Source of the DNA: Xylographa opegraphella
Taxonomy: Eukaryota
Length of the DNA: 64,000 nt
Direction: 5' to 3'
Assembly (NCBI GenBank): GCA_022813865.1
Contig: JALDZX010000032.1
Span: forward strand, 1-64,000
Both the position numbers and the translations under genes were made by a program. Below are positions 25,500-37,867 of the stretch, in pieces (the stretch's first letter is position 1; the number at the start of each line of letters is the position of its first letter). A model generated the notes under the pieces. That model was given only the letters and a program-made list of their open reading frames with translations, searched no databases and was not told the origin of the DNA.

Positions 25500-27476
25500 C
25501 TACGCTCCCATCACACTCACCACCGTTGCCAATACGAGCCCAACCCAGACGCTGCAAGCGCTCGGACCATAACCAGAAGCCGCATTAACCCCCCAGATCG
25601 CCCCGGGTATGTTGCACGTCAAGCTGTCGTTCGTCACGTAGCCGTAGCTGTAGTTCTGCCCCTTTCCTGCCAATGGACAGGCGAACCCCAACGCCGCCGG
25701 GCAGTTCTGCACGAGGCCGTAACAGAGACCAATGCACGGCAGAAGCTCCTTGTACGGGCCAGGTCGAATCACTTCATCGATCCTCGGGACCCGGGAGGAG
25801 TTCAAGTACATGACCGATTTATTCGCGTCACTGAACGTGGGGTCGCCGGCCGGCACAGGCCGACCGTCGATGAACGGCTGGTTGACATTTCGGGCCTGAA
25901 GATAGGGCTTGCTCGAGCTGAAATCCATGCAGCGCGGAATCGTGACGGCGCATAACCACTGCTTGTATGCGTCGAAGCAGTTGGAGCAGTTGGTGGCAAG
26001 CGAGTACTGCGCTTCCGGGGTTGTGTTGCATGCGATTTGCTCGAGAGAGTAGGCGAAGTAGTTGAAGTTTTGCGACGTATAATTGTCATAAAATTGAGCG
26101 AGTTCGGCCATGGTGGCAAAGCTACTGTTGCTCGGATTCGCTGGTACAGCGTAGCTGACCGTGTCACAAAAGCTCAGGTTATATATCAGCTGACAGTTGG
26201 GATCTATTGACCTTAGTGACGAGGCGCGCAGTAGCGGAGCAGAACACGGAGTCTTACCGGTCTTGGTAGACATGAGTGTATCCTGCCATACAACCCCTCC
26301 TCCTCCTGGCATCCCGATATCCGTTTGACTATAATTACTTGGCAAGGCCATCACTGCATGGTACGAAGTGCTCTTGTTCAATCCTTTCACATAATATTGT
26401 TGTTTGGGCAGACCACCCGCTACGGTAGTCATACCCACCTCAACATCTGTCATGGTCCTGACTTGGGCAGATGTGTTGAGTCCACAGTATGACCTCAGTA
26501 GGCCAGTGATCATAACGTCATTAGCATCGTGCATGAATATGGTGAACGGTGCTCCAGTCTGCATCCACGCATCTTGCAGCGTCCTCGAATTCGAGGTTGT
26601 CAAATTATTGGTAACGAAAAAGGTGCTGTTCTGATCACTGTCGACAAAAAACAAGCCTGGGAGGTCCTCGTAAAATGCGAATGGCGCGTCGATTGACGCT
26701 GTCAACTCGTAGGTGTAGTTTCCGTTGAACCCTGGGGCCTGTGGGGCCGAAACCGTGAAATAGGAGTCCCCAGATGTGGGATTGGTGTAATTGGTAAACC
26801 CTCCGTCAGCAGTAAGCCATCCTTGCTGACCTGCAAAGTTTGGTCCGGGACACTCATCATTCATCGCTTGAGAAATGTATAGTTCAAGCGGTGGTGGGGG
26901 GGCACTGGGATTGCTGATTGCCGATGACGGCTGTCCACAAACGCTCAGTGTCAGATAGAGAAGATGGTCGGATCGCTGCCTCCTTCTGAGTTCCGTGCCG
27001 ATATATTCCGTATCCTGATCATCCATGACATGGCGGATATCGATTTCGTCTTGGCTTGGCGGCAGAGCATGTGTCACCAATGAAGGTTGTTTATCCAAAG
27101 CCATTTGCGGGAAGATAAAGCATTGTGTGTCAGAAGGCGCGATGCTCATGGCTGCTGGGAGATTGTTTGCTAACTGGACTGCAGATGGTGCTGGTGCCCG
27201 ACCCAATATGCTCCGTCCAATGCTTGGAAATTCTGGCTCATAGGTCCCCGGCCGATCGGTTGCTGCATCATATCCGTCTTGATATTGCACCTTCTCTTCG
27301 AGAAACCGGTCTATTATCAATGGATGATTGTGATCATCATGTGTTATCGTATCCGCATTTTCGGCGTAAGCAAAGTGTCGATTCGAGAAAGCCAGGTAAA
27401 GGACTAGGAGGAGTAACGACGCAGCGAAGGAAGCAGCGAAGCGCGATTGAAGGGGGGTGAGCTTTGGGAGTTGCAT
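25500..27476 (-). CDS. MID1: Stretch-activated Ca2+ channel subunit Mid1; intron 26204-26257
   Basis: MQLPKLTPLQSRFAAS N-terminus. Cys-rich C-terminal domain NCQLIYNLSFCDTVSYAVPANP, YSLEQIAC, YKQWLCAVTIPRC, PGPYKELLPCIGLCYGLVQNCPAALGFACP. Confidence 0.93.
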   Translation of the reverse strand: MQLPKLTPLQSRFAASFAASLLLLVLYLAFSNRHFAYAENADTITHDDHNHPLIIDRFLEEKVQYQDGYDAATDRPGTYEPEFPSIGRSILGRAPAPSAVQLANNLPAAMSIAPSDTQCFIFPQMALDKQPSLVTHALPPSQDEIDIRHVMDDQDTEYIGTELRRRQRSDHLLYLTLSVCGQPSSAISNPSAPPPPLELYISQAMNDECPGPNFAGQQGWLTADGGFTNYTNPTSGDSYFTVSAPQAPGFNGNYTYELTASIDAPFAFYEDLPGLFFVDSDQNSTFFVTNNLTTSNSRTLQDAWMQTGAPFTIFMHDANDVMITGLLRSYCGLNTSAQVRTMTDVEVGMTTVAGGLPKQQYYVKGLNKSTSYHAVMALPSNYSQTDIGMPGGGGVVWQDTLMSTKTGKTPCSAPLLRASSLRSIDPNCQLIYNLSFCDTVSYAVPANPSNSSFATMAELAQFYDNYTSQNFNYFAYSLEQIACNTTPEAQYSLATNCSNCFDAYKQWLCAVTIPRCMDFSSSKPYLQARNVNQPFIDGRPVPAGDPTFSDANKSVMYLNSSRVPRIDEVIRPGPYKELLPCIGLCYGLVQNCPAALGFACPLAGKGQNYSYGYVTNDSLTCNIPGAIWGVNAASGYGPSACSVWVGLVLATVVSVMGA

Positions 27477-27942
27477 CGATGTCGATATAAAGAAGACCAG
27501 CTTCTCAAGCCGTTGAGGGTCCGATCAAGTCAGTGGCTTATTGGACACCATGCACATTTCAATGGCAGACGCAAAGCTGAGGGGGGACTTCCAATAACCT
27601 GTTTCCTCATCGTGATTTGCTCACTTCGATTAGTGGACTGCTTGCATAGCGCTGGCGTAATGGTAGACTGGGCTCCGCATTACCAAATGCGACTTGACCT
27701 CCAAATTGGTGTCGCGACAGCCGTGAAAAGGACAACAGGCGCTGGACAGGGGTGTCTGCCGCTCGCCTCCCGCTTAATGGGCTATGACACTTCGGGCCTA
27801 GTGTTTATCATTACGCACTGCGTTGCTCCGTACACATACGAAGTAGCTTTGGGTGTCGAAAGATTTCGATAGGCAATCCACTATGTAGAGAGGCTTATAG
27901 GTTGATTCAAGAGCTTCAAGCAGGTGAAGTTTGGTGAGTTCC

Positions 27943-30718
27943 ATGATGTCGGGCCTGTGGTTCCTTGATGCTATAGCATTGGTGGGAGCATCGAGGAAGG
28001 TAATTTCGAAGCATGTCACTCTGAGGACGAGTCAATTCGACAACTACAAGAAAACCTCTTCGTTAGCAAGAGCAATCGAGAGCCAAACCAGTAGAGTGAC
28101 GCTTACCGCTAAAGCAGCGACGGTGTTGGCTGAGCGTCAAAATAAACACGGATCTCAGTACTCTACCAAACCAGAAAAACCAAGGAGCGCTACTAAGACA
28201 CCATTACCAAGTAGTGAAAGTGTAAGAGGTAATTCTGTAGGTCCAAAGGATCACGAAGGACTCCAACAAGATCACTTCTATGGACGATCAGAAGACAATT
28301 CAACCAGTCAGCCTGTACCAAGCAAGGCCTTGGACATCCAACAAGAAGAAACAAACGGAACGCCGTTACCCGATGGAACTGTTTCCCTGGTGGAAGGTAT
28401 TAATAACCAGCTAGATCCAGGAAAAGATGTGTTCTCCCAACCATCAAAAAGCGCCGCGCGCCAGCATCCGCTCGCTACTGTAGGGCAGAGTCATGTACAG
28501 AATCTGGAAGCTCTTGGTAGAAGCAGTATTCTGGAAGGTTGCCAGAAAGTGACCCAGCAACAAGCGGGCAAAGTCCGAGCAATACAGCGCCAGTCCGAGG
28601 CACAGATTCCAGCTCAACCGGCCGAGCCGCCACCAAACAAAATTTTAGCTCAGCATGGGCCGCTACACGCAGATCCCGAGCTTGCAATAGACCAAGAGAA
28701 GGATGTCTACTACTCGCGAGCGTCTGACGCAAGCCCTGTTCTCTCGTCTGTACCGCGTGTGAAACTTCCAAAGGTTACAAAAGCTACGCAAGCAGGTTGT
28801 GACCATGTTTCTGACTCTGGGATTAATCGAGACGTCTACTATTCACCCAGATCGGAGGGTACTGTGGATGATACTCTGGGAGTACAAGCAGAGTCACAGA
28901 AAGAGCCAGTGTCCGATGAGATGTACACGGAGATATTTCAAAGTCCTCGGGTGGCGAAGCTTTTGGGTGGTAGGCAGAAAGGAAGCCCGGCTGCGAATTC
29001 CCCGAATCTGGGTGGACCTCAACCATTGGGTCACGAACAGACAAAGACGGCCATGGGAGATCATAGCGACACGTCTACTTCCCAAGATCTAACGGATGGG
29101 GAATCTGAAGCAAACCCGAAACGCAAAATTCCTAGGGCACTAAATTCTGCAGCTCCAGAAAAGGACAGCGATGTTCATCAGCTAGCGGCTGATATTGCTA
29201 GCGAAGCTCAAATGGATGCTTCCAAGGCACAAAATGTACGAAAACCCTGCTCTATCTGCTGAGCTATAATTGCTGATATACTGACAGACATCCCGTAGAA
29301 TCCCAAAGACCTGACATCTCCGCAGGCCAAAGCCGCCTATCAAATGCATGAGTCACGAGTGCCTGCATCTCGTCTCGGCAGACTTTGGCAGTATGGAGGC
29401 CTTGCCACTTCTATGGCCTTTGGAGCGGTCAATGAAGGTTTCCGTCGTGCCACTGGCGTAGGCGGGAGCGGCTCCTTGATGCTAAGTGAAAGTAATATGG
29501 AGCGACTCGTGGCTAGGCTTTCGCGTATGCGAGGAGCGGCATTGAAACTTGGGCAGATGATGAGTTTCCAAGGTACATTACAAATGCTTCGTTTGATTAG
29601 AGAACACAGAATTGAAAGTTATTCTAGACTCGAAAATGTTACCAGCGCCTATTTATGAAGTACTTCAGCGTGTCCAAGACAGTGCAGACTACATGCCAGC
29701 TTCACAGCGAAACCAAGTGTTGGAAAGTAACCTCGGCTCGAACTGGGGACAGCTTTTCTCGTCTTTTGAAGAAATGCCTATAGCCGCAGCATCCATTGGT
29801 CAGGTTCATGGTGCTATCATGAAATCTACGGGTCAACGGGTTGCCGTGAAGGTCCAATATCCAGGCGTTGCGAATTCAATTGATTCGGATCTCAGCAATC
29901 TTTCTATACTACTTACAGCTTCACGACTCTTGCCAAAAGGCCTATACCTGGAAAAAACAATCGCAAATGCGCGGACCGAGCTCGCTTGGGAATGCGACTA
30001 CGTCCGAGAGGCAGAAGCTGCTAAGCGCTTCCAGAGTCTCCTTCAGGACGAGAATAACACATTCATTGTCCCTGCTATCATCGATGAGGCATGTGGCCCT
30101 CAAGTGCTGACCATGGAGCGCATGGAAGGAGTCGGTGTGACCAAAGTCAATAATTATTCTCAGGATGACAGAGACTGGATCGGGTCCCAGATCTTACGCC
30201 TATGCCTTCGAGAGATCACCGAGTTCAAGTACATGCAAACAGATCCCAACTGGACAAACTTCCTATACAACGCTGATTCTCGGAAGTTAGAGTTGCTGGA
30301 TTTCGGCGCCTCGAGAGAATATCCCGACAGATTCATTGTCCCGTACACTCGTATCCTGCTTGCGGCATCACGGAACGATCGAGAAAGTTGCCGCGATCTG
30401 TCCATTCAGCTAGGATATCTAACCGGGCATGAGTCGCAGACCATGCTCAATGCTCACATTGATTCTATCCTCACATTGGCCGAGCCTTTTCGTGACTCCT
30501 CAGCTGAGGTCTACGATTTCCGGGATCAAACGATCACAGAGCGGGTCAAGGGGCTCATTCCAGTCATGATCAAAGAGCGACTTGCCCCGCCACCAGAAGA
30601 GACATACAGTCTGCATCGGAAGCTGAGCGGCGCCTTCTTGCTTTGTGCAAAATTGGGTAGCAGGGTGCGGTGCAAGGAAATGTTTACCCGGGCTATGGGG
30701 AAGGCCGGGCTTGTATAG
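27943..30718 (+). CDS. COQ8: ABC1/UbiB atypical kinase Coq8 (ubiquinone biosynthesis); introns ~29236-29288 and ~29573-29628
   Basis: [29 protein letters not shown] (KxGQ), [50 protein letters not shown]. Confidence 0.95.
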
Positions 30719-31051
30719 AGTTGAAGGTAGAGGTAGATTGTGTATAGGACGCTTTAACGTTTAAATATGGTAACTGTAGTTCTCTCGACCGTCCATCACC
30801 ACTCCTGAAAAGAAATTCCGGTCACGGATTTCTATTATCTTGTCCACCTTTGTGTACGCCTTAGCCGTACGTAATCGAGAATTCAAAGGGTCTCTTCCGG
30901 ATATGATATCTGGTGTTTTCAGCATTAGGGGTCTTTTAGATATAGATATGTAACCATATCACGCTATTTTTAGTCTTCTTATTGGTCCACACAGAGCGTA
31001 CGGCTACCTGATAATCTAATAATCAAAACTCCATGTTATCGACAATATGGT

Positions 31052-34000
31052 TCACTGATCGGGGAGAAACGGCGACTCGAGTTTTGCTTTCTTGGATGAC
31101 GGCGGTCCGACGATCGTCTCATTCTCCTCGTCTTTTCCACGAGATCTCTTCCCGTTCTGTCTCGGCGACGAGAAGAAGGATGAAATCGTTTTTACCAGTC
31201 CCTTGCCTGGTTTCCCGCGGAGCATTGCCACGCACTCGTCCATTTCGCTCAGGATGAGCTCCTTGTTGTCCTTTTTAAGGCGCTCATAAAACAGCAATTC
31301 GGTGCCTTCGGCCCAGTAGGCGGGAACCCTTGATTCGGCCTGATCTGGCTCGATCCCACCAACAATGCACGCGCATAGCTGCTTGTCGTCGTAAATCTTG
31401 ACATCTCGATTATTGGAGGCATAGTCGGCATCCGCCCAATAGACACGGCGATGTCCATCTCGGTTGTGTATTCCTCCCAGCCACCTGTATGATATACGAT
31501 GCACTTTGACGTCAACCTCTTGCACTGCGAACTTTGAGTACCCGAATGTAATCCGATCACTTGTCGCGTCCCGGACGTTTGGATATTCCGTGGGGGGTCG
31601 GACGACTAGACGGGGAGGCAGCTTGCCGGTGACAAGACGAAGCCTTTGCGACACGAATTGCCCTGCCTATTGCCACAACGGACAATTGTGCGCTGTCAGC
31701 ACTTCGTTGTTGCTTTGCCCGAAATAGGTCGTCAACAGATCTCCCATAGATTGCGCAGCTTCGGATTTGAGTTTCAAATTGTCAAGATCGACAATGACCT
31801 GTTTTTCACCTATTCCACGCCTCTCACTAAGAACAGGCATATCAAAACAAAGCACGCATGCTGTACGGGGGCATGTCATAAAGGTAAACTGACTGGCCAT
31901 CGAAGTGATAGCTTCCCACATCCTGGCCGCTATCAGCATATCGCTCGTTTTCATACTTTCGTTGAGTGCAGCTCCATTCACGATTCCGTTGTAGATGGTA
32001 ATTGCATTAGTGTAGAAGGCGTCTCTCAGCTGGATACTTGTATCGGACGTATGAATCTCCCACGGCTCATCTATAGCCTGGAGACACTGCAGGCTAAAAC
32101 TATCCAGACTCCGCTTCCATCCGCGAGTCATTCCTCCGAGGGTGTCAGTAGCAAGACGGCCAACATCTAACAGTCTAGCTGCGACGAGACAGCTGTCTAT
32201 GGCGCTTGATTGCATTGTTTGAGAGCTTACGGGTCCACGCCCACGGTAAGGGTAATCTGTTCCCGCCTTGGAAGCCTTGTACTCCTGTCTGGTCCTGGAA
32301 GTCTTGACTAGTTTCAGTGATGCGATCCCAGGCAAGTTCTGGCCGTTGAAGAGTTCTTCCAATACCAATGTCTCCGATAAGCGATAATTGTCCTTATTAA
32401 TGTTTGCAGGGAACGGTAAATAGAGTAATGGCCGGGGAGAACGGTGAAATCTTCGAACCAGAAATTCTTCCATCTGCACGGAAGTTTCCTCGGCTGACTG
32501 TTGCAGCGATCGATCTACGAGATCCAGACTAATGGTGAATGCGCCAGCATCTCCTGACACATTATCCACACCGGCATCGATCGGTTCGCTGCTCAGGCGA
32601 GAGGTGCTCACACTCTCTGTCGAAGGACCAATTTTGAAGCGCTGGAGTAACGATGTCAGAGTTGTGTTCTGTGGAGTTTGACGAAAACCGGACTTTAAGT
32701 CCCCAGGCACTGTTATTGCGGAAGCGGGAGGCTCAGAGGCTGGAAATGAAGGCGTTGAGCCCTGAGTAACTGGAATTGTAGGTGTTCTGCTCTGAAGCGC
32801 TGGAAATATACGCCTGGAATTTTTAGGCGTCGGAGATTCAGGTTTTGAGCTCTCAGGCACCAGAGTTGTGTGTATGGAGCTTTCAGGACTATCGCCCCTG
32901 GTAATGGCCCTGAATATTAGGGGTCTGCTTTCATTCTGGCGCTGTGCTCGCTGTGCTTGTAGAAGATGAATAGCTTCATGCAACTCGTAGTCAGTTCGTA
33001 CCCAAACAGGCTTCTTAGAGCCATCATTGAGATATTCTAAACGAACTCCTATTCCACGGGTGTTTTTTGATTTCCGACGGTCATATATCTCAGTGAATAA
33101 CCGTTGCAAGCTAAGCGCTTGCACACCCATTATATCCAACTTGGTGGACGATGCCCTATGCAATTCTTTTCTGAATATTGTTTTGAACTGAATTACAGGT
33201 AGAAGTGGACCATCGGCGTCATAGACAAGTATTTCCGTTGCTCCATCTCCCCAGGGGACCGCTTGCCAGGCACTGTTCATGAGTCTTGGTCGCAAATAGA
33301 AGGTAATAATATTGTCCTCTGGTTTGCCAGAAAGCTCTGCTTGCAGGCTCATGACCGCGACCCTGAAGTCCTTAGTGTCCTTCCTAAACTCTTATCGTGA
33401 CGAAGTGTAATTATGTTGGCACTATCACGCAGACTGTAACTAAGCGATTCCGAGGGAACATCCCAGCGGAGTGGCTGAAAGGAGGCGGCTTGCAACTCTG
33501 GCCACGAATTTACAAATTCGATAAGGCTCAAATCTTCTATCCAAGGTCTGAACAGATCGCGATGCGATGAATCGGGTAGGAAACGCTGTAAAGAGAAGAC
33601 GTGCGCGGATCCGTCGCTAGCACTGGCTCCTACAGGATACAGTTGGATTAGACGACTATTTGCGCTGTACTTCACAGGAGGAAAGAGAGAAACGTTGGAA
33701 TGACTTATTTTTCTTGGGGTTTCATGATTGGCAGATGAACTGAAGGGAGATCCGATAGCACGCATATGAGTATCGGAAGAACGATTGGGGGATCCAAGAG
33801 ATTCTGACTTGGAGCTCCGTTCTTCAACGAAGTCGCTGAACTTCACTTTCTTAGACTTTTTGTTATCGGAGCCCACCTTTTCAGACTTTAGACTCCGAGG
33901 GTTGGGGCGCTCAGGTGTATCCGGGGGGCTAGGGTATCGAGTGCCAGGCTCGTTAGGATCCGGCGAAGTAGGATTGTGGGTCCCAGACGATGCCGTTAGC

Positions 34001-34257
34001 GGAGTACTGCGAATATCTCTTGCTTCAGGTTTTTCGTATAGTTTGAACATAGCAACGACATCCCGATGGTTTAACCCTGGTCTAAAGGCTTCAATGGCAT
34101 CCAAAGCATCCTGAAGGGTTCGTCCTGCAGTTGGATTCCTCGACTGGCTTTTAGGGTTACCCCATTTGTGCAGGACTGCTGCTACGCCATCCCTCGAGGC
34201 AATCCTTTGCCAGTATCCATAGTCTCTGTTAAGATACAATCCAGAGTCTTCAGGCAT
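31052..34257 (-). pseudogene. Interrupted large gene with a C-terminal USP/papain-like domain; frameshift at ~33352-33391 and in-frame TAG at 31667-31669
   Basis: Three abutting minus-strand ORFs (302, 561, 200 aa). The second and third are in one frame separated only by TAG. Motifs YPYRGRGP..SSAIDSCLVAARLL, CVLC, YRWLGGIH..GHRRVYW and IYDD resemble Cys/His/Asp boxes of ubiquitin-specific proteases (inference). Confidence 0.55.
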
Positions 34258-34863
34258 TCTGAGTGACTATACCGTCACATCAATGTGGGTGAAGGGGCTT
34301 GAATGTACACTTTGGCTTATTGGGGATTGTTTACTCGAGAGAACGAGAACGATCAGGTATGTGGAATACCTCTATTATGGATACGCTGGTCTTAGTGGGT
34401 AAGCTATATATGGACAAAGACGATATGAGAAGCATAGAATGCCGCTGCATGCGGTTGAATAACGCCATAACGAGGAATCATCGGAGAAAGAGAGAGAGAG
34501 AGAAAGGAATGAAAGCAAATTTTTTGACAGAAAGCATGGAGTGAACTCGATGCACAGCGCGGTCATGGATGTAAGCACGAGTGGAAGAAGTGAAAGTCAG
34601 CGTGTATCTCAGAGTCCAGTTGTCATTCCAGAGATGAAAGTTGCAAGTCCCTAGGAACACATGATGCAACGGAAGTCGAACCAAGTCAAGCGGCATGGCT
34701 GTTGCAGCGATCTTATTATATGGTTGATCTTGAGTCCAAATGCCAGCGTTGGGCTTAACGATACTCTCCTCGGTACTGTGTTATAGTCTAGGACTAGAAC
34801 TAGTCCCATTCCGGTCATTTCTGCAGATACTTCCGTGATCATATCCAACAGCCGATGAATAGA

Positions 34864-35811
34864 ATGTCGATAGTTGGCACAGACTACAATGAAGCTCAAG
34901 CGGAAGTTGCTCGACTCGAGCAGGCGCTTCGACATGCTCGTCTCAAATTGGTTGCCGCTCACCTCCCTTCGGAGTGCCCGGATAGGGGTCACTTGTATCC
35001 TACCTCAAGTATCGCCTTGGAGCATCCCTTATGATAGTCCCATATCAACTGACTCCCGCCCTTAGATTATTTGAATGAGGTACCGCATGCGCTTCTCCTC
35101 ATTTCTGACTCCGCCCTGCCCCTCGGATCCTTTGCCTATTCCAGTGGCCTGGAGTCCTACCTTGCGCACCATAAACCGTTGGCAAAGGACACTACACCAA
35201 CAGCGTGCTTTCAGCATTTCCTGCACGTGTCTTTGTCCTCCCTTGCAGGGTCGGTCCTCCCATACGTTCTTTGTAGCTACCGGAACCCGGACACTTTGTT
35301 CAGGCTTGACAATGATCTTGATGCGTCCACTATATGTACAGTTGCACGTAGGGCGAGCGTCTCGCAGGGAAGAGCGCTACTGAGTGTATGGGAGCGGGCG
35401 TTAAGATCGTCGGGCCAACAAGGATGCAAGGTAGCTTCAAGCCATCTATCATCACTTGCAACCGCGCTCAAGAATATGCAAGCTCAAGTCAGCTTCCTTG
35501 GCCCGAACGGCCATTTCGCTCCTCTATGGGCCTTGGTCTGCCGCGCCATGGGCATATCGCTAGACCAGACCACGTACGTGTTTCTTTTCAATCATACAAA
35601 AGCTCTTCTCGGCGCTGCCGTTCGAGCGTCCGTGATGGGTCCTTATCAGGCACAAGGCGTCCTGGCCAGCGTATGGCTGCAAGAGGGAATCCGGGAGGCC
35701 ATGGAGACAAATTGGATGGTGAAGACCGAGGACGCTGGACAGGTAATACCCGTCTTAGACCTATGGATTGGAAGGCACGAGTTGCTTTATTCTAGAATTT
35801 TCAATTCTTGA
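34864..35811 (+). CDS. ureF: Urease accessory protein UreF; intron ~35009-35065
   Basis: HALLLISDSALPLGSFAYSSGLESY, LDNDLDAST, ASVSQGRALL, GHFAPLW, AAVRASVMGPYQAQ, and the C-terminal GRHELLYSRIFNS. Confidence 0.93.
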
Positions 35812-36053
35812 CATATGTTCAACAGAGGGACAAACTTGAGTTGCAAGATTTATTCTCTCATCACAATAATCCAATTCTATTGTGACCAACGTGCCGCCAT
35901 GGTAGAATTAATTCCCCAGACTATACGAGGACTTGATACCAGTCGCTAACATGCTCGCTAGCATAACACAGCCCATAACATATCGTGTCTGTTCATCTAC
36001 AGCTGATGAGTGTATGACTCTTCAGAAACGCTTCCGCAATTTAGGGCCTGCCT

Positions 36054-37237
36054 TCACAGAATCTCTTTCAGCTGTGTTTTCTGAGCCAATGAAAGACTGG
36101 CAGGAAATTTGACCTTCACCTCCACAATCATATCACCTCGGTCTCCAGGCTTCTTGCTCTTTGGCATTCCTAGCTCCGGATAACGTATCGTATGTCCAGG
36201 CTGCGTAGGCCCGGCCGCAGATACTTGTACCTGCTTTCCGTCGATTGTTGTAATTGTTCTGTTCCAGCCGGTCAAGGCTCCTAGTAAATCAATCTCTACG
36301 ACAACTCTTAGATCGTCACCTTCTCGTTTGAACGTAGGATGTTCTTTCTGTTCAGACAGTCAGGAAAGTTATGTCTCTGAATAGAATCAGGATCCGAACC
36401 ACATACCTCGGTAATAATGAAATGCAGATCCTGCGTACCTCCCTCCTCCTGGTCTCCGAAGCCCTTGAACTTTATCTTCGTTCCAGCTTTGTATCCCGGC
36501 TTGACGTCAATCTCCAGCACCTTCTCCTCCATCTTTCGTTTTCCTGTAGCTTCGTCGAACGTCTTCCGTTTGATATTCATCTTCTTCTTTGCCCCTTTGA
36601 ACAGCTGCTCCAGTGTCACAGGCAATGGTCTGTCCACAATCGTAACCTCTGGTGTTGGTGCTCGCTGCTTCATGCCGCCGTTTGCATCTTTGAATCGCGA
36701 GTTCCTCGATCCTCCCGGAGCCCCACCGCGAAATGCCGCAAATACGTCGTCGTCGTCACCCATGCTTGCGCCCCCTTGCTGGAAAAAACTCGAAAATATG
36801 TCGTCGGGATTGCTAAAATTGAAACCTCCACTGCTATTACTGCTCGAAAAATGGAATGACCGGCTGGTCCCTGGCATCCCTCCCATGCCGCCAAAGCCGC
36901 TGGGCATCCCACCCATCCCAGGCCCGTTGGGTTGCTGCGGAGGTGGACCACCCCGCAATAAGAACTCTAGGCCATATTGATCATAGACTTTGCGTTTCTC
37001 CGGGTCTGAGAGAATTTCGTAAGCTTGAGAAACTTCTTTAAACTTCTCGGACGCGTTCTTGTTGTCTTTGTTCTTGTCAGGATGCCATTTGAGAGCGGAC
37101 TTTCTGTGAAGACATGTCAGCAAATGCAAGCAGATCAGACAACACGAGTAGAGCTACCGATAGCCTTTCTTTATTTCATCTTGTGTAGCGGTGGGGGAGA
37201 TACCGAGGGCGTCGTAGAGCTTGGTTTCTGCAACCAT
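36054..37237 (-). CDS. SIS1: Type II Hsp40/DnaJ chaperone Sis1/Psi1; 2 introns
   Basis: [13 protein letters not shown]-domain KWHPDKN, G/F-rich linker, C-terminal [12 protein letters not shown] and [16 protein letters not shown]. Confidence 0.93.
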
Positions 37238-37563
37238 AGCTCAACAAGGGCGATGGCACAGCAACTATATCGTCCTGCAATGTGTCACTGATCGTAAACG
37301 TGTAGTGACGACCAGCCAACTCAACGGACTGGAAGTTCTTGTGTGGTTCGTTTTCTACGTCAAAGCTACACCAACAACTAACTGGCTGGATTGGTCTCCT
37401 AATAACAGTAACTGAGACGAGGAGTGTAAATTTGACTATGAAAAGCGTATTGGAGTTAGATGACTTGTAATATGGCTGGACTTCTTGCGGACTGTCACAT
37501 CTGCAAACAGCCCCACCGTGCCTTAAACCCCGACGTTCTCGGGCGTAGGGCTCATGTCGCCGA

Positions 37564-37583
37564 GGAATGTTCCAGAAGCTTCG
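37564..37583. promoter_or_regulatory. Perfect 4-unit heat-shock element (nGAAnnTTCnnGAAnnTTCn)
   Basis: gGAAtgTTCcaGAAgcTTCg, ~330 bp upstream of SIS1, a canonical Hsf1 target. Confidence 0.8.
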
Positions 37584-37867
37584 ACAGTTTTTTTTGTGAG
37601 ATGGTACAGAACACTTCTCGGGCGAGAAAGAAATTCGGATTGAATCGCTGGGGTGTAACATGGTCCTAATTCATTCCGTAGATGCTACTGATGGCACGCT
37701 ATCAATGACTTCGTATCACGGTTGCAGCTCTCATGTATATGATACGATTGAATAGCGGTAGGGATGTTAAGGTTCACGGCAAGGGAGAGCTCTGTGAACC
37801 TTCCTTTCCTTCGTATATCACCTCGGACTGCACGCTGCATAACACAAAATTCACCCTTTCACTTACG

